64,000 nucleotides of DNA from an uncultured Gammaproteobacteria bacterium (GCA_964540285.1 CAZILW010000001.1:63703-127702); one strand, 5' to 3'. Positions 29,785 through 40,153 are shown, counted from the stretch's first letter. Numbers and translations: made by a program. The notes: generated by a model from the letters alone, not told the origin.

Positions 29785-29790
29785 TATTTT

Positions 29791-30078
29791 TTACTTATAA
29801 TTTTCTAAAATTTTTTTAAAATTTCTAGTATCTTGCTTGGTCGTTTTTGGATCTTTATCAAACTCTCTTAAGGCAGAAACTCTAGTTGAAAGTGGTATTT
29901 TACCATTATCTTTAATGGTTTTACTTAATTTTTCAAAAATTTTTATAGCCAGCTCTTTATTATTTTTTAATCCTGAAAACTGACCATATCTAACCATACT
30001 AGAAAACTTTCTAGAAAAACCACCACTACCACTCATTTTGAAAGAATGTCCAGTTGTTGGCAATTTTTTAGATAGCAT
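29791..30078 (-). CDS. Basic hypothetical protein
   Basis: 95-aa Lys-rich ORF ending 6 bp before map. Confidence 0.6.
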   Translation of the reverse strand: MLSKKLPTTGHSFKMSGSGGFSRKFSSMVRYGQFSGLKNNKELAIKIFEKLSKTIKDNGKIPLSTRVSALREFDKDPKTTKQDTRNFKKILENYK

Positions 30079-30126
30079 AAGAAATAGTCATTAAGTATTA
30101 TGCTGTTATTATACTAAAATGACAAC

Positions 30127-30157
30127 AAAAAAACAAGGAAGTTGTCCTTGTTTTTTC
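30127..30157 (-). terminator. Terminator after secY
   Basis: aaaaaaacaagga-agttg-tccttgtttttt. Confidence 0.7.
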
Positions 30158-30171
30158 TATTTTTGAAAGAA

Positions 30172-31440
30172 TTAAATACTATCGTAATCTCTCATGGTTA
30201 TCTGAGACTCAATTTGCTTAACCGTTTCAATAACAACCGAAACAACGATCAACATACTAGTTCCACCAATAGCCAATGTTTGCATGCCAGTAAAATATTT
30301 CATAAGTAACGGCAATACAGCAATAACACCTAAAAACAAAGAACCTGTTAACAATATACGTCTACTAATGCCTTGTAAATATTCACTGGTATGTCTACCT
30401 GGTCTAATTCCAGGAATAAATCCTCCTTGTTTTTGTAAGTTTTCAGCTATTTGGTCTGGCTTAAATACTATTTCAGTGTAAAAATAAGTAAAGCCAACAA
30501 CTAAAATAAAATAGAATATACCATAAAATAATTGATTTTCAAAAACCTTTATTATCCAGGTTGAAGCATTAGCCAAAATAGCATATTTAGAAGATACAAA
30601 AAATTGAGCAATCATTGTTGGAAAAACAATAATAGAAATAGCAAAGATAATCGGGATAACGCCAGCTGTATTTACTCTTAAAGGTAGATGAGTGCTAGTT
30701 CCACCAAAAGCTCTATTACCCCTTATTTGTCTAGCGTACTGAACCGGAATATTTCTTTGACCTTCGTTAATAATAACTATTCCAACGATTGTTATTAAGG
30801 TTATAAAAATAAAACCTAAAAGCATAAACAACTGAGACTGGTCAAAAGTAAATATTATTCTTTGAAGACCAGTTGGCAAACCAGCTATAATTCCAGCAAA
30901 TATCAAAAGAGAGATTCCATTGCCAATTTTCTTTTCCGAAATAAGCTCTCCAATCCACATCAAAAATATAGTACCAGCTGTTATAGTTATAATAATAGTT
31001 AATAAGTCAAAATAACCTCCACTTAAAATTCCAGCTCCAGAACTATTAAGCAATTTAATCATTCCGTAAGCCTGAATCATAGCTAAAGGAACAGTCCCTA
31101 GTCTAGTCCAGGTATTTATCTTTTGACGACCAGCCTCTTCTTTTTGCATCTCTTCTAGTTTAGGTGATATCATTCCCAGTAACTGAAAAATGATAGATGA
31201 AGTGATATAAGGAGCTATACCCATCATAACTATTGAAAAGTTGTCCATACTACCACCAGAAAAGACGTTTAGCATTCCTAAAAACTGATTTGAAGAAAAA
31301 ATATCTCTTAAAACTTCAACATTAACACCAGGAACTGGGATGTGAGCAAAAAGTCTGAAAAAAGTTAACATTAACAAAACAAAAAGTATATTGTTTCTTA
31401 AATCTCTAATTTTCCAAATTTTTGTTATTTTATCAAACAT
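30172..31440 (-). CDS. secY: Preprotein translocase SecY
   Basis: GIAPYITSSII, GNGISLLIF and IPGIRPG motifs. Confidence 0.97.
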   Translation of the reverse strand: MFDKITKIWKIRDLRNNILFVLLMLTFFRLFAHIPVPGVNVEVLRDIFSSNQFLGMLNVFSGGSMDNFSIVMMGIAPYITSSIIFQLLGMISPKLEEMQKEEAGRQKINTWTRLGTVPLAMIQAYGMIKLLNSSGAGILSGGYFDLLTIIITITAGTIFLMWIGELISEKKIGNGISLLIFAGIIAGLPTGLQRIIFTFDQSQLFMLLGFIFITLITIVGIVIINEGQRNIPVQYARQIRGNRAFGGTSTHLPLRVNTAGVIPIIFAISIIVFPTMIAQFFVSSKYAILANASTWIIKVFENQLFYGIFYFILVVGFTYFYTEIVFKPDQIAENLQKQGGFIPGIRPGRHTSEYLQGISRRILLTGSLFLGVIAVLPLLMKYFTGMQTLAIGGTSMLIVVSVVIETVKQIESQITMRDYDSI

Positions 31441-31448
31441 ATTTTATA

Positions 31449-31874
31449 TTATTTTTCTAATGTTTTTTTTACACTCTCGCTCATTTTAATGTTTTCAAAC
31501 TTTAAACCTTTAACAGTTAAAACATCCTTGCCCAAAACTTTAACTGACTGATTTTTCTTGGAAATAAGCTTTTTAGTAAATAAAGTTTCTGGACTAACAG
31601 TTTCATTGTCTTTAAAATTATCATTAATAGCTTTAATACTAACAACTTGATTTTTGTCATTTAAAGATTTAAACCCTCTAGTCTTTGGAATTTTTAAAAG
31701 ATTTTGCTTCATACCCAATCTTTTTAATTTTCCACGACTAACACCAGAACGAGATTTTTGACCTTTTAAACCGCGCCCGCTATAAGTACCTGAACCAGAA
31801 GAATTACCTCTACCAATTCTCCTTTTCTTTTTCATAGTACCGCTTCCTTTTTTTATATTATCTAGTGTAATCAT
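31449..31874 (-). CDS. rplO: 50S ribosomal protein L15
   Basis: GRGNSSG and GRGLKGQKSRSG motifs; position in spc cluster. Confidence 0.93.
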   Translation of the reverse strand: MITLDNIKKGSGTMKKKRRIGRGNSSGSGTYSGRGLKGQKSRSGVSRGKLKRLGMKQNLLKIPKTRGFKSLNDKNQVVSIKAINDNFKDNETVSPETLFTKKLISKKNQSVKVLGKDVLTVKGLKFENIKMSESVKKTLEK

Positions 31875-31894
31875 ATCTTTTATAAAAATTATTT

Positions 31895-32554
31895 TTATTT
31901 TTTGGATTTAATTTCTTTTTTTTCTGTTTTTTCTAAAGATTTTACATCATTTACATTATTTTTTTCAACACCCTTTTTAGGAACAAAAGTTTTTCTTTTT
32001 AATTTTGAAAAAGCTAGAATTGTACATTTAGCATTATTTACTTTATTGTTTGTTCCTAAAATTTTACTAGTAACATTTTTAACTCCAGCCAAATCCATAA
32101 TAACTCTTACAACTCCTCCAGCGATAACACCTCTTCCCTTAGCAGCTGGTTTAAACAACAGTTTAGCTGATCCAAATTTAGAATCTATTTGATGAGGGAT
32201 GGTGTCATTATAAATAGGAACTTCTAATATATTCTTTTTAGCCTTATTAACAGCCTTATTAACAGCTAATGTTACATCAGCTCCCTTACCCAAAGCAACT
32301 GCGATTCTACCCTTTTTATCACCAATAGCTACACAAGCTCTAAAACTCATTCTTTTTCCACCCTTCATAACCCTGGTTACACGAGCTAAGTCTAAAATTC
32401 TCTGTTCAAACTCTTCTTTTGGTCTTTCTCCAAATCTTTTTCCTCGACCAGCAAAATCCTTTTTCTTTTTATTAAAAGCAGGATTATTAAAAGGCTTTTC
32501 AATAGTTGAAGTATTTACCTGTTTTTTTTCTTCTTGTTTTTTTTCTTCCGACAT
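31895..32554 (-). CDS. rpsE: 30S ribosomal protein S5
   Basis: RVTRVMKGGKR and GVIAGG motifs. Confidence 0.96.
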   Translation of the reverse strand: MSEEKKQEEKKQVNTSTIEKPFNNPAFNKKKKDFAGRGKRFGERPKEEFEQRILDLARVTRVMKGGKRMSFRACVAIGDKKGRIAVALGKGADVTLAVNKAVNKAKKNILEVPIYNDTIPHQIDSKFGSAKLLFKPAAKGRGVIAGGVVRVIMDLAGVKNVTSKILGTNNKVNNAKCTILAFSKLKRKTFVPKKGVEKNNVNDVKSLEKTEKKEIKSKK

Positions 32555-32588
32555 AATATTTAAAAACTTATATATAAATAAATTATAA

Positions 32589-32948
32589 TTAAAACTTCAA
32601 CCCAGCTTCACGAGCGCCATCAGCCACAGCCTTAACTCTTCCGTGATATTTGTAACCACCACGATCAAAAACCGCCTCTGAAATATTAGCTTTAACGGCC
32701 TTTTCTCCTAGAAGCTTACCTAACTGAAAGCTTTTTTCAACTTTTTTCATTTTACTAGAATCTTTTAACTCCTTAGAATTAACACTAAATAATGTCTTAC
32801 CACTAACATCGTCTATTAATTGCAAATAAACTCCAATATTAGATTTAAAAACACTTAGTCTTGGCTTACTAGAAGTACCATTAATCTTCATTCTGATTTT
32901 TTTATGTCTTCTGGCTAATTTATTTTTTATTTCTTTCTGCTTATTCAT
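32589..32948 (-). CDS. rplR: 50S ribosomal protein L18
   Basis: PRLSVFKS and FDRGGYKYHGRV motifs. Confidence 0.96.
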   Translation of the reverse strand: MNKQKEIKNKLARRHKKIRMKINGTSSKPRLSVFKSNIGVYLQLIDDVSGKTLFSVNSKELKDSSKMKKVEKSFQLGKLLGEKAVKANISEAVFDRGGYKYHGRVKAVADGAREAGLKF

Positions 32949-32981
32949 ATGTAAAAAATTTATTTATAAATATTATTAAAA

Positions 32982-33521
32982 TTATTTAGCAGCAGCTTTA
33001 CCAGCTTTTCTTCTAATAACCTCATCACTATATTTAATACCCTTTCCTTTGTATGGCTCTGGTAATCTTAATTTTCTAATTTGAGCAGCAACCTCTCCAA
33101 CTAACTGCTTATCAATACCACTAATAGTCAAACTATTACCCTCAACAACAGCTGAAATGCCCTGAGGTAGAGGAAATTCTATTGGATGAGAAAAGCCCAA
33201 GCTAAGATTTATTTTATTTCCAGCAACAACCATCTTATAACCAACACCCTTGAATTCTAATTTTTTTTCAAAGCCATCATTAACACCTGTGACCATATTG
33301 TTTACTAAAGCCCTATACAAACCCCATAAAGATTTCTCCTTTTTGTTTTCTGGGTTAGAGACCTTAACTAAAATTTCCCCATCAACAACTTCAAGTTTAA
33401 CCTCTTTTAAGAAGTTTGTTTTTAATTCACCTTTTGGTCCCTTGATGGTTATTGTTCTATTTTCGATTTTAACATCAGTTCCGCTTGGTATTTTGATTGC
33501 TAATTTTCCTAGTCTTGACAT
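32982..33521 (-). CDS. rplF: 50S ribosomal protein L6
   Basis: MSRLGK start and PEPYKGKGI motif. Confidence 0.97.
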   Translation of the reverse strand: MSRLGKLAIKIPSGTDVKIENRTITIKGPKGELKTNFLKEVKLEVVDGEILVKVSNPENKKEKSLWGLYRALVNNMVTGVNDGFEKKLEFKGVGYKMVVAGNKINLSLGFSHPIEFPLPQGISAVVEGNSLTISGIDKQLVGEVAAQIRKLRLPEPYKGKGIKYSDEVIRRKAGKAAAK

Positions 33522-33579
33522 AATAATGGTATTATAATTTTAAAATTAAAAATAATTTTAAAAGCATCTATCTTAAAAA

Positions 33580-33999
33580 TTAATAAATTTCACAAATAAA
33601 TTCTCCACCAATCTTATTTTTTCTGGCCTCCATATTGGTCATTAAGCCCTTAGATGTAGAAATTATAGCCAAACCAAAACCATTCAAAATAGTTGGGATA
33701 TTATCTTTATCAATATAAACTCTCCTTCCTGGTTTGCTTATTCTTTTTAGAGAACTTACTCTTGGTCGACCGTCAGCTTCATACTTCAAAACTAATCTGA
33801 TTTGATCAAATTTTGAACTTTTGTTTTTTTGTAAATCTTGCCCACCCTTAATTATTTCAGCCTTGCTTATAAAACCCTCTTTTTCTAATATTTTAGCAAT
33901 ATTAAATTTTATTTTGCTCATTGGCAAAAAAACATCTGCCTTTCTTACGGTAGAGGCGTTTCTAATTCTGGTTAGCATGTCTGCGATTGGATCTATCAT
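33580..33999 (-). CDS. rpsH: 30S ribosomal protein S8
   Basis: DPIADMLTRIRNA and SKPGRRVY motifs. Confidence 0.97.
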   Translation of the reverse strand: MIDPIADMLTRIRNASTVRKADVFLPMSKIKFNIAKILEKEGFISKAEIIKGGQDLQKNKSSKFDQIRLVLKYEADGRPRVSSLKRISKPGRRVYIDKDNIPTILNGFGLAIISTSKGLMTNMEARKNKIGGEFICEIY

Positions 34000-34044
34000 A
34001 ATATTTTAATTAAATAAAAGTATATAATTTAATAAATAGTTGGA

Positions 34045-34230
34045 TTACCAACTTGCTTTTTTAATTCCTGGTAAATCTCCGTTATCAGCTAATTCCCTAA
34101 AGCAAATACGACATAAATCAAAATCTCTCATATACCCCCTATTTCTACCACATCGCCAACATCGATTTATCTTTCTAGTTGAAAATTTTGCTTGTCTTTT
34201 AGCTTTTACAATTAATGCTTGTCTAGCCAT
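34045..34230 (-). CDS. rpsZ: 30S ribosomal protein S14, zinc-binding type Z
   Basis: 61 aa with CxxC...CRICFRE. Confidence 0.95.
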   Translation of the reverse strand: MARQALIVKAKRQAKFSTRKINRCWRCGRNRGYMRDFDLCRICFRELADNGDLPGIKKASW

Positions 34231-34244
34231 ATAAATATTTTTAA

Positions 34245-34799
34245 TTATTTTTTATTACCTTCCTCTTTTTTAAAAGGAAAACCAAACATTCTGAATAACT
34301 CTAAACCTTCTGCTTTATTTTTAGCACTTGAATCAACTATAACCTCTAATCCGTGAATATTATTAATATCATCAACTTTTACCTCTGGAAAGGCGGTGTT
34401 TTCTTTAAAACCAATAGTCAAATTACCCTGCTTGTCAACTGAAGTTTCAGATATACCTCTAAAATCTCTCACCCTGGGAAAGCTAACATTAAGCAATTTT
34501 TCCAAAAAATGATACATTCTCTCTCCTCTAAGAGTAACCATTATTCCAATAATCATACCCTCTCTAACCTTAAATGAAGAAATTGATTTTTTGGCTTTTG
34601 TAAAAACTGGCTTCTGTCCAGAAATTTTAAGTAAAGTTTTTTCAATATTATCAATATAATCTTTATCTTTTACTCTTCTACCAAAACCAACATTAATAAC
34701 AACTTTTTTTATTTTAGGAACTAAAAGCCCGTTAGAATAATTAAATTTCTCTTTTAAAGCTGGGACTATTTCTTTTTGATATTTTTCTTTTAAACTCAT
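34245..34799 (-). CDS. rplE: 50S ribosomal protein L5
   Basis: GQKPV and PRVRDFRG motifs. Confidence 0.96.
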   Translation of the reverse strand: MSLKEKYQKEIVPALKEKFNYSNGLLVPKIKKVVINVGFGRRVKDKDYIDNIEKTLLKISGQKPVFTKAKKSISSFKVREGMIIGIMVTLRGERMYHFLEKLLNVSFPRVRDFRGISETSVDKQGNLTIGFKENTAFPEVKVDDINNIHGLEVIVDSSAKNKAEGLELFRMFGFPFKKEEGNKK

Positions 34800-34822
34800 A
34801 CTATTATTTTAATATATTTTAA

Positions 34823-35149
34823 TTAATCTATAGTTTCGCCACACTTCTTGCAAACTCTAAACTTTTTAGAAACAGAATCAACTCCTTTTTCTCCTAATTT
34901 ATAAGAAACTCTTGTATTTTTTCCACATTTAGGGCAAATTAAAGCAACATTTGAAATATTAATTAAACCAGGAAATTCAATTCTTTGTCCTTTTTCTCCT
35001 TGTTTTTGTGGTCTTAAATGTTTAATTAAAATATTCAAGCCTTCAACACTAACCCTTCCATCCTTAGGAAATATTTGTAAAACCTTGCCTGTCTTACCGC
35101 TGTCTTTACCGGCTAATATTTTAACTTTGTCTCCTTTTTTTATCTTCAT
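34823..35149 (-). CDS. rplX: 50S ribosomal protein L24
   Basis: KKGDKVKILAGKD KOW motif. Confidence 0.96.
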   Translation of the reverse strand: MKIKKGDKVKILAGKDSGKTGKVLQIFPKDGRVSVEGLNILIKHLRPQKQGEKGQRIEFPGLINISNVALICPKCGKNTRVSYKLGEKGVDSVSKKFRVCKKCGETID

Positions 35150-35176
35150 ATCAAAAAATTTAATTTAATAAATCAA

Positions 35177-35548
35177 TTATAAAACCTCTGGGGCTAAAGA
35201 AGCTATTTTAGTAAAACCAGCTCTTCTAACTTCCCTGGCCACTGGACCAAAAATACGAGTTCCCTTTGGCTCTTTTTTTTCCTTATCAATAATAACACAA
35301 GCATTGTCATCAAATCTTAAGTAAGTGCCATCCTTTCTTCTGACCTCTTTTTTTGTTCTAACAATAACAGCCTTAACCACATCACTTTTTTTAATAGGCA
35401 TGTGGGGGTTGACTGATTTAACAGTAGCCACAATAATATCACCAACAGTGGCGTATCTTTTTTTGTAACCACCCAAAACCCTAATACACAAAACTTCTTT
35501 AGCTCCGGTATTATCAGCAACTTTTAATCGACTTTCTACTTGTATCAT
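35177..35548 (-). CDS. rplN: 50S ribosomal protein L14 (start MIQVES)
   Basis: VADNTGAK and GTRIFGPV motifs. Confidence 0.97.
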   Translation of the reverse strand: MIQVESRLKVADNTGAKEVLCIRVLGGYKKRYATVGDIIVATVKSVNPHMPIKKSDVVKAVIVRTKKEVRRKDGTYLRFDDNACVIIDKEKKEPKGTRIFGPVAREVRRAGFTKIASLAPEVL

Positions 35549-35578
35549 ATATTTAATATTTAAAAACAATTAAAATTA

Positions 35579-35836
35579 TTAACTATAAATTACTCTCCAT
35601 TTTTTATCCTTGCTAATCGGACGACATTCTACAAACACAACCTTGTCACCAATTTTAAATTTATTCTCCTCATCGTGAACTTTATATTTCTTACTAGAAA
35701 CATATCTTTTCTGATATTTTTTATTGATTTTAGCAATATCAACAGAAACGACAATTGTTTTGTCAGATTTATCACTAACAACAACTCCTGAGAATTTTTT
35801 TCTAATAATTTTTTTAACTTCTTTTTTATTTTCCAT
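35579..35836 (-). CDS. rpsQ: 30S ribosomal protein S17
   Basis: GVVVSDK and ECRPISKDK motifs. Confidence 0.96.
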   Translation of the reverse strand: MENKKEVKKIIRKKFSGVVVSDKSDKTIVVSVDIAKINKKYQKRYVSSKKYKVHDEENKFKIGDKVVFVECRPISKDKKWRVIYS

Positions 35837-35843
35837 ATTATTT

Positions 35844-36071
35844 TTATTTATTCTCTTCTTTTTTATTATTTTCTAAATCAATAGAGTTTTTGCCAGAGTT
35901 TAGAAGTGTCAAAACTTGAGCCACATTTTTTCTAATATTCCTAATTTCTCTAATATTCTTTAATTGACGATTAGAATCCTTAAATCTAAGCTCTCTTAAT
36001 TCTTCTCTCCATTTAGCAAGCAAAGAATGAAGTTCAGATTCTTTTTTAGTTTTTAATTCTTTTAAATCCAT
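35844..36071 (-). CDS. rpmC: 50S ribosomal protein L29
   Basis: LRELRF and IRKNVAQVLT; position in the S10 cluster. Confidence 0.9.
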   Translation of the reverse strand: MDLKELKTKKESELHSLLAKWREELRELRFKDSNRQLKNIREIRNIRKNVAQVLTLLNSGKNSIDLENNKKEENK

Positions 36072-36094
36072 ATTTTAATTATTTATTTTTATAA

Positions 36095-36502
36095 TTAATC
36101 TTTTTTAACAACCTTGCACTTAACCGGTAACTTATATGCTGCCAAATTTAAAGCTTCTACAGATTCTTTTTCTGTCAAACCATCAATTTCATACATAATC
36201 ATTCCTGGTTTAACTGGAGCAATATAGTGGTCAACACTTCCCTTACCTTTACCCATTGGAATTTCGCCACCCTTTTGAGTAACTGATCTATCAGGAAAAA
36301 TTCTGATCCAAATTTTACCATTTTTCTTAGTAAATTTAGCAATAACCCTTCTGGCTGCTTCTATTTGACGAGAACTAATCCAACAAGCTTCTAAACTTTT
36401 TAAACCATAAGATCCGAAATCAACATTAAGCAGACTGCTGGCCTTACCACCTCTCTTAGCTTTATGCATTTTTCTATGTTTAGTTTTTTTTGGCATTAAC
36501 AT
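36095..36502 (-). CDS. rplP: 50S ribosomal protein L16
   Basis: MLMPK start; QIEAARR and MGKGKG motifs. Confidence 0.97.
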   Translation of the reverse strand: MLMPKKTKHRKMHKAKRGGKASSLLNVDFGSYGLKSLEACWISSRQIEAARRVIAKFTKKNGKIWIRIFPDRSVTQKGGEIPMGKGKGSVDHYIAPVKPGMIMYEIDGLTEKESVEALNLAAYKLPVKCKVVKKD

Positions 36503-36511
36503 ATTTTTTGT

Positions 36512-36609
36512 TTAAGACTCTTGAGATCACCGAGATCCTTAGATTGCTTTTTTAATTTTATTTTAAAAGTTATTTAAGAATCTTGATAAGTTCAAGAATC
36601 TTGATAATC
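36512..36609. repeat. 9-bp-periodic inverted repeat between rpsC and rplP
   Basis: ttaagactc ttgagatca ccgagatcc ttag ... ttaagaatc ttgataagt tcaagaatc ttgataatc; 28-bp arms. Confidence 0.75.
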
Positions 36610-36614
36610 ATAAA

Positions 36615-37274
36615 TTAATTCTTCTTAAAAACTTCACCTTTATATATCCAAACTTTAATTCCAATAGCACCATAAGTAGTATTAGCAGCTCCTCTGGCGT
36701 AATCAATATTAGCCCTTAAAGTACTAAGTGGAAGTTTACCAGAAATTAATTTTTCAGATCTAGCAATTTCAGCACCATTAAGACGACCACCAACCACAAC
36801 CTTTACACCCAATGCTCCAGCTCTTTCTATTCTAGAGATAGCTTGCTTCATAACTTTTCTAAATGGAACCCTTTTTTCTATTTCTAAAGCCATTGCTTGC
36901 ACATTGATTTGGGCGCTTAAATTAGGATTTTCTACTTCTTTAATGTTTATGCTTAAATCATCTAGTCTTATCTTCATCGGATTGCATAAAAATTTTCTAT
37001 GAAGCTTCCTTTTTAATTCTTCAACACCATTTCCACCTCTCCCAATAATAATACCTGGCTTACCAGTATAAACATCAACTGTGATTCTTCCAGAATCCCT
37101 ACTAATTTCAACTTTATCAATCCCTGCTTCTCTAAACTCCTTTAAGATATATTTTCTAATCAAAACATCTTGCTTAACATTTTTAATGTAATTATTACCA
37201 GCACTAAACCAAGTTGAAGGCCAAGTCTTAATAATTCCCATTCTTAGTATTTTTGGATTAACTTTTTTACCCAT
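36615..37274 (-). CDS. rpsC: 30S ribosomal protein S3
   Basis: MGKKVNP start; GRLNGAEIAR and GIKVWI motifs. Confidence 0.97.
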   Translation of the reverse strand: MGKKVNPKILRMGIIKTWPSTWFSAGNNYIKNVKQDVLIRKYILKEFREAGIDKVEISRDSGRITVDVYTGKPGIIIGRGGNGVEELKRKLHRKFLCNPMKIRLDDLSINIKEVENPNLSAQINVQAMALEIEKRVPFRKVMKQAISRIERAGALGVKVVVGGRLNGAEIARSEKLISGKLPLSTLRANIDYARGAANTTYGAIGIKVWIYKGEVFKKN

Positions 37275-37306
37275 ATTTTTTATTAAATAAAATTTTTAAT
37301 CAATAA

Positions 37307-37828
37307 TTATCCAGCTTTTCTTCTAAAAACCTTGTTAGCAAAACTTTTATTAGAAGATTTTAATTCATTTTTTGTTTTATCAACCTCTTTTTCTACTTTG
37401 TCATCTTTTTTGGCCTTTTTAGCTTCTTTAGAAACTTCGTCTAATTTTACTGGAGCCTCAACCTTAACTTTTTTAGCTTCTTTCTTACCGCTATCAACTA
37501 TTTCAGATAAAATAACAGTAACATGACTCATTTTTTTTCTTAAAATAGTGGCCCTACCATGAGCTCTAGGTAACCATCTCTTCAAAACTCTTCCTTCATC
37601 AACCTTAATCTCCTTGATAGTTAAATTACTCTTATCTAAATCATAATTATTAACAGCATTAGCAACTGCTGAATCTAACAATTTCAACATTGGTTTAGCT
37701 GATTTCTTATTTAAAAATTTCAATTGATTGGCAGCTTTATTTACATCCAAACCACGAACCAAGCCGGCAACTAATCTAGCCTTTCTTGGAGCTACTCTTA
37801 AGTGTTTTAAACTGGCTCTAACTTCCAT
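37307..37828 (-). CDS. rplV: 50S ribosomal protein L22 with charged C-terminal extension
   Basis: APRKARLV and PRAHGRA motifs. Confidence 0.95.
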   Translation of the reverse strand: MEVRASLKHLRVAPRKARLVAGLVRGLDVNKAANQLKFLNKKSAKPMLKLLDSAVANAVNNYDLDKSNLTIKEIKVDEGRVLKRWLPRAHGRATILRKKMSHVTVILSEIVDSGKKEAKKVKVEAPVKLDEVSKEAKKAKKDDKVEKEVDKTKNELKSSNKSFANKVFRRKAG

Positions 37829-37858
37829 ATTTTTAATATATTATGATTATTTAATTAA

Positions 37859-38146
37859 TTATTTCTTAGCCTGTCCTTGGGCTTTAGCCATTTTTCCTCC
37901 ATGTCCAACAAATTTCTTAGTAATAGAAAATTCTCCTAACTTATGACCAACCATATTTTCCACAATATAAACAGGAACATGCTGTTTTCCATTATGAACC
38001 CCGATGGTTTTTCCAACCATTTCTGGAGTTATTGCGCAGGCCCTATCCCAAACCTTAATAACAGTTTTATCTTCTGGAGACATTGCCTTTATTTTTGCTA
38101 ATATTCTTTGGTTAACGTATGGTCCTTTTTTCAAACTTCTTGCCAT
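37859..38146 (-). CDS. rpsS: 30S ribosomal protein S19
   Basis: RSLKKGP and MVGHKLGEF motifs. Confidence 0.97.
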   Translation of the reverse strand: MARSLKKGPYVNQRILAKIKAMSPEDKTVIKVWDRACAITPEMVGKTIGVHNGKQHVPVYIVENMVGHKLGEFSITKKFVGHGGKMAKAQGQAKK

Positions 38147-38166
38147 AATATTATAATTAAATTATC

Positions 38167-39012
38167 TTATTTCTTCTTTTTAGAAGGTCTTCTTTTAACA
38201 ATCAGCTTATTGGATCTTCTTTTTTTTCTAGTTTTAACACCTAAAGCTGGTTTACCCCATTTAGTTTTTGGACCTTTAAGACCAATTGACTGTTTTCCCT
38301 CTCCACCTCCATGAGGATGATCGTTTGGATTCATAGCCGTTCCTCTTACGGTTGGTCTAATTCCTAAATATCTTTTTCTTCCAGCTGAGCCAATTTTAAT
38401 ATGCATTTTATCTGGATTACTAACCTGTCCAACAGTACAAAGAGATTCTTTTTTAATTAAACGGATTTCTCCTGATGGCATTTTTACTTGAGCAAACTTA
38501 CCCTCAATACCCATAACAGAAACTGAATTTCCGGCCCCTCTAGCAATTTTAGCACCCTTTCCTGGCTCTATTTCAATATTGTGCACAGAAATACCAGCTG
38601 GTATAAATTTAAGAGGCATTGAATTTCCGGTTTTTATTTCAACCAATTCTTTAGAGCTAACAATCTTATCTCCAACTTTCAATCCAACTGGAGCTAAAAT
38701 ATATTTTTTATCACCATCAAGATAAGAAACTAAAGCAATACGAGAACCTCTGTTTGGATCATATTCAATAGTTTTGACAACCGCCGGAATGTTAAATTTA
38801 TCTCTTTTAAAATCAATAACTCTAATATATCTTTTTGAACCACCTCCACGATGTCTAACGGTGATTTTACCCTGATTATTTCTACCACTTTTTTTCTTTT
38901 TTATTTTTAAAAGTTTTTTTTCAGGTGATACATTGCGAGAAATATCTGAAAAATCATCATAGGTAGCATGACGTCTCTTTGGTGTATTTGGTTTTGTTTT
39001 TTTAATTGCCAT
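38167..39012 (-). CDS. rplB: 50S ribosomal protein L2
   Basis: EYDPNR and MNPNDHPHGGGEG motifs. Confidence 0.97.
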   Translation of the reverse strand: MAIKKTKPNTPKRRHATYDDFSDISRNVSPEKKLLKIKKKKSGRNNQGKITVRHRGGGSKRYIRVIDFKRDKFNIPAVVKTIEYDPNRGSRIALVSYLDGDKKYILAPVGLKVGDKIVSSKELVEIKTGNSMPLKFIPAGISVHNIEIEPGKGAKIARGAGNSVSVMGIEGKFAQVKMPSGEIRLIKKESLCTVGQVSNPDKMHIKIGSAGRKRYLGIRPTVRGTAMNPNDHPHGGGEGKQSIGLKGPKTKWGKPALGVKTRKKRRSNKLIVKRRPSKKKK

Positions 39013-39034
39013 ATCCTTAATAAATTATATTATT

Positions 39035-39472
39035 TTAAACTCCTTCGTAAATTGATATAGACTCACCCTTTTTAAGGGAAACTAGGGCCTTTTTAAAATC
39101 TTTTCTTTTTCCACTAATCTTACCCCTGTTAATAACCTTACCCTTAACCTTAATAATATTAACCTTTTCTGGTTTTACTCCATAAACTTCAAATATAGCC
39201 TTAGCCACTTCAATTTTGTTAGCAGAGTTAGAAACAATAAAGGCATACTGGTTTAAAGAGCCAAGGTTAGCAGCCTTTTCAGTTATCAACGGTTTAACCA
39301 AAACCCTATAAGCTACTGAGCTTTTAGAACCCTTAGAGCTCTTTTCAACGCCTTCACTGTAAAGATCTTTCATTGACTTTTCTTCTTTAACCTTTTTTTC
39401 TTTATTTAAATCAATAACTTCTTTTTCGTTATTTTCAGAATCATTTGTTTTTTTAGCAGTAAATATTCCCAT
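39035..39472 (-). CDS. rplW: 50S ribosomal protein L23 with N-terminal extension
   Basis: PLITEKA, ANKIEV and KKALV motifs. Confidence 0.93.
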   Translation of the reverse strand: MGIFTAKKTNDSENNEKEVIDLNKEKKVKEEKSMKDLYSEGVEKSSKGSKSSVAYRVLVKPLITEKAANLGSLNQYAFIVSNSANKIEVAKAIFEVYGVKPEKVNIIKVKGKVINRGKISGKRKDFKKALVSLKKGESISIYEGV

Positions 39473-39490
39473 ATTTTTAAAAAAATTTAA

Positions 39491-40153
39491 TTATTCTTTT
39501 GAATATCTTTCGTTAATTTTCTTAATTGCAGACTCTGAAATTAACAAATTTCTATTTTTTAATAAATCAACAATATTGATATTTTCTAAATTAATTATCT
39601 GAACACCAGATAAATTGCGACCAGAATTAACAGTTTTAACATCCTTGCTGTCATTTACAAATAAAACGCTTCGTCTCTTTTTTGAATCAAACCCATCAAA
39701 ATTTTTCTCTAATTTTTTCAAAGAATCATTAAAAATTTTAGTTTTAAATTCAGCCATTTCAATTTTATCAACCACTACTAAATTGTTATTTTTAAGTCTG
39801 TCAGAAAAGACCATCATTAAAGCTTTTTGCTTCATTTTTTTATTAATTTTTTTAGAAAAATTACGATCTTTTCTAGGACCAAAAGTAACACCTCCGCCAA
39901 TCCATAAAGGAGATCTGCTAGAACCAGCTCTAGCCCTGCCAGTTCCCTTTTGTTTCCATGGTTTTTTACCACCACCTCGAACCTCTGATTTAGTTTTAGT
40001 ATGGGCCAAAACTTGTCTTTCATTAGCTGTTTGAGCAACCATAGCTTGATGAACCAAATCATTGTTAATCTCTAAAGCAAAAACCTTATCAGAAAGTTTT
40101 AACTCTCCGGCTTGCTCACCATTTTGATTGTATATATTTACTTTAACAGACAT
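39491..40153 (-). CDS. rplD: 50S ribosomal protein L4
   Basis: KPWKQKGTGRARAG motif. Confidence 0.97.
   Translation of the reverse strand: MSVKVNIYNQNGEQAGELKLSDKVFALEINNDLVHQAMVAQTANERQVLAHTKTKSEVRGGGKKPWKQKGTGRARAGSSRSPLWIGGGVTFGPRKDRNFSKKINKKMKQKALMMVFSDRLKNNNLVVVDKIEMAEFKTKIFNDSLKKLEKNFDGFDSKKRRSVLFVNDSKDVKTVNSGRNLSGVQIINLENINIVDLLKNRNLLISESAIKKINERYSKE

Noticed and set aside
31875-31894. Absence of rpmD (L30) between rpsE and rplO
   Set aside because: An established CPR trait; useful for taxonomy but not novel.
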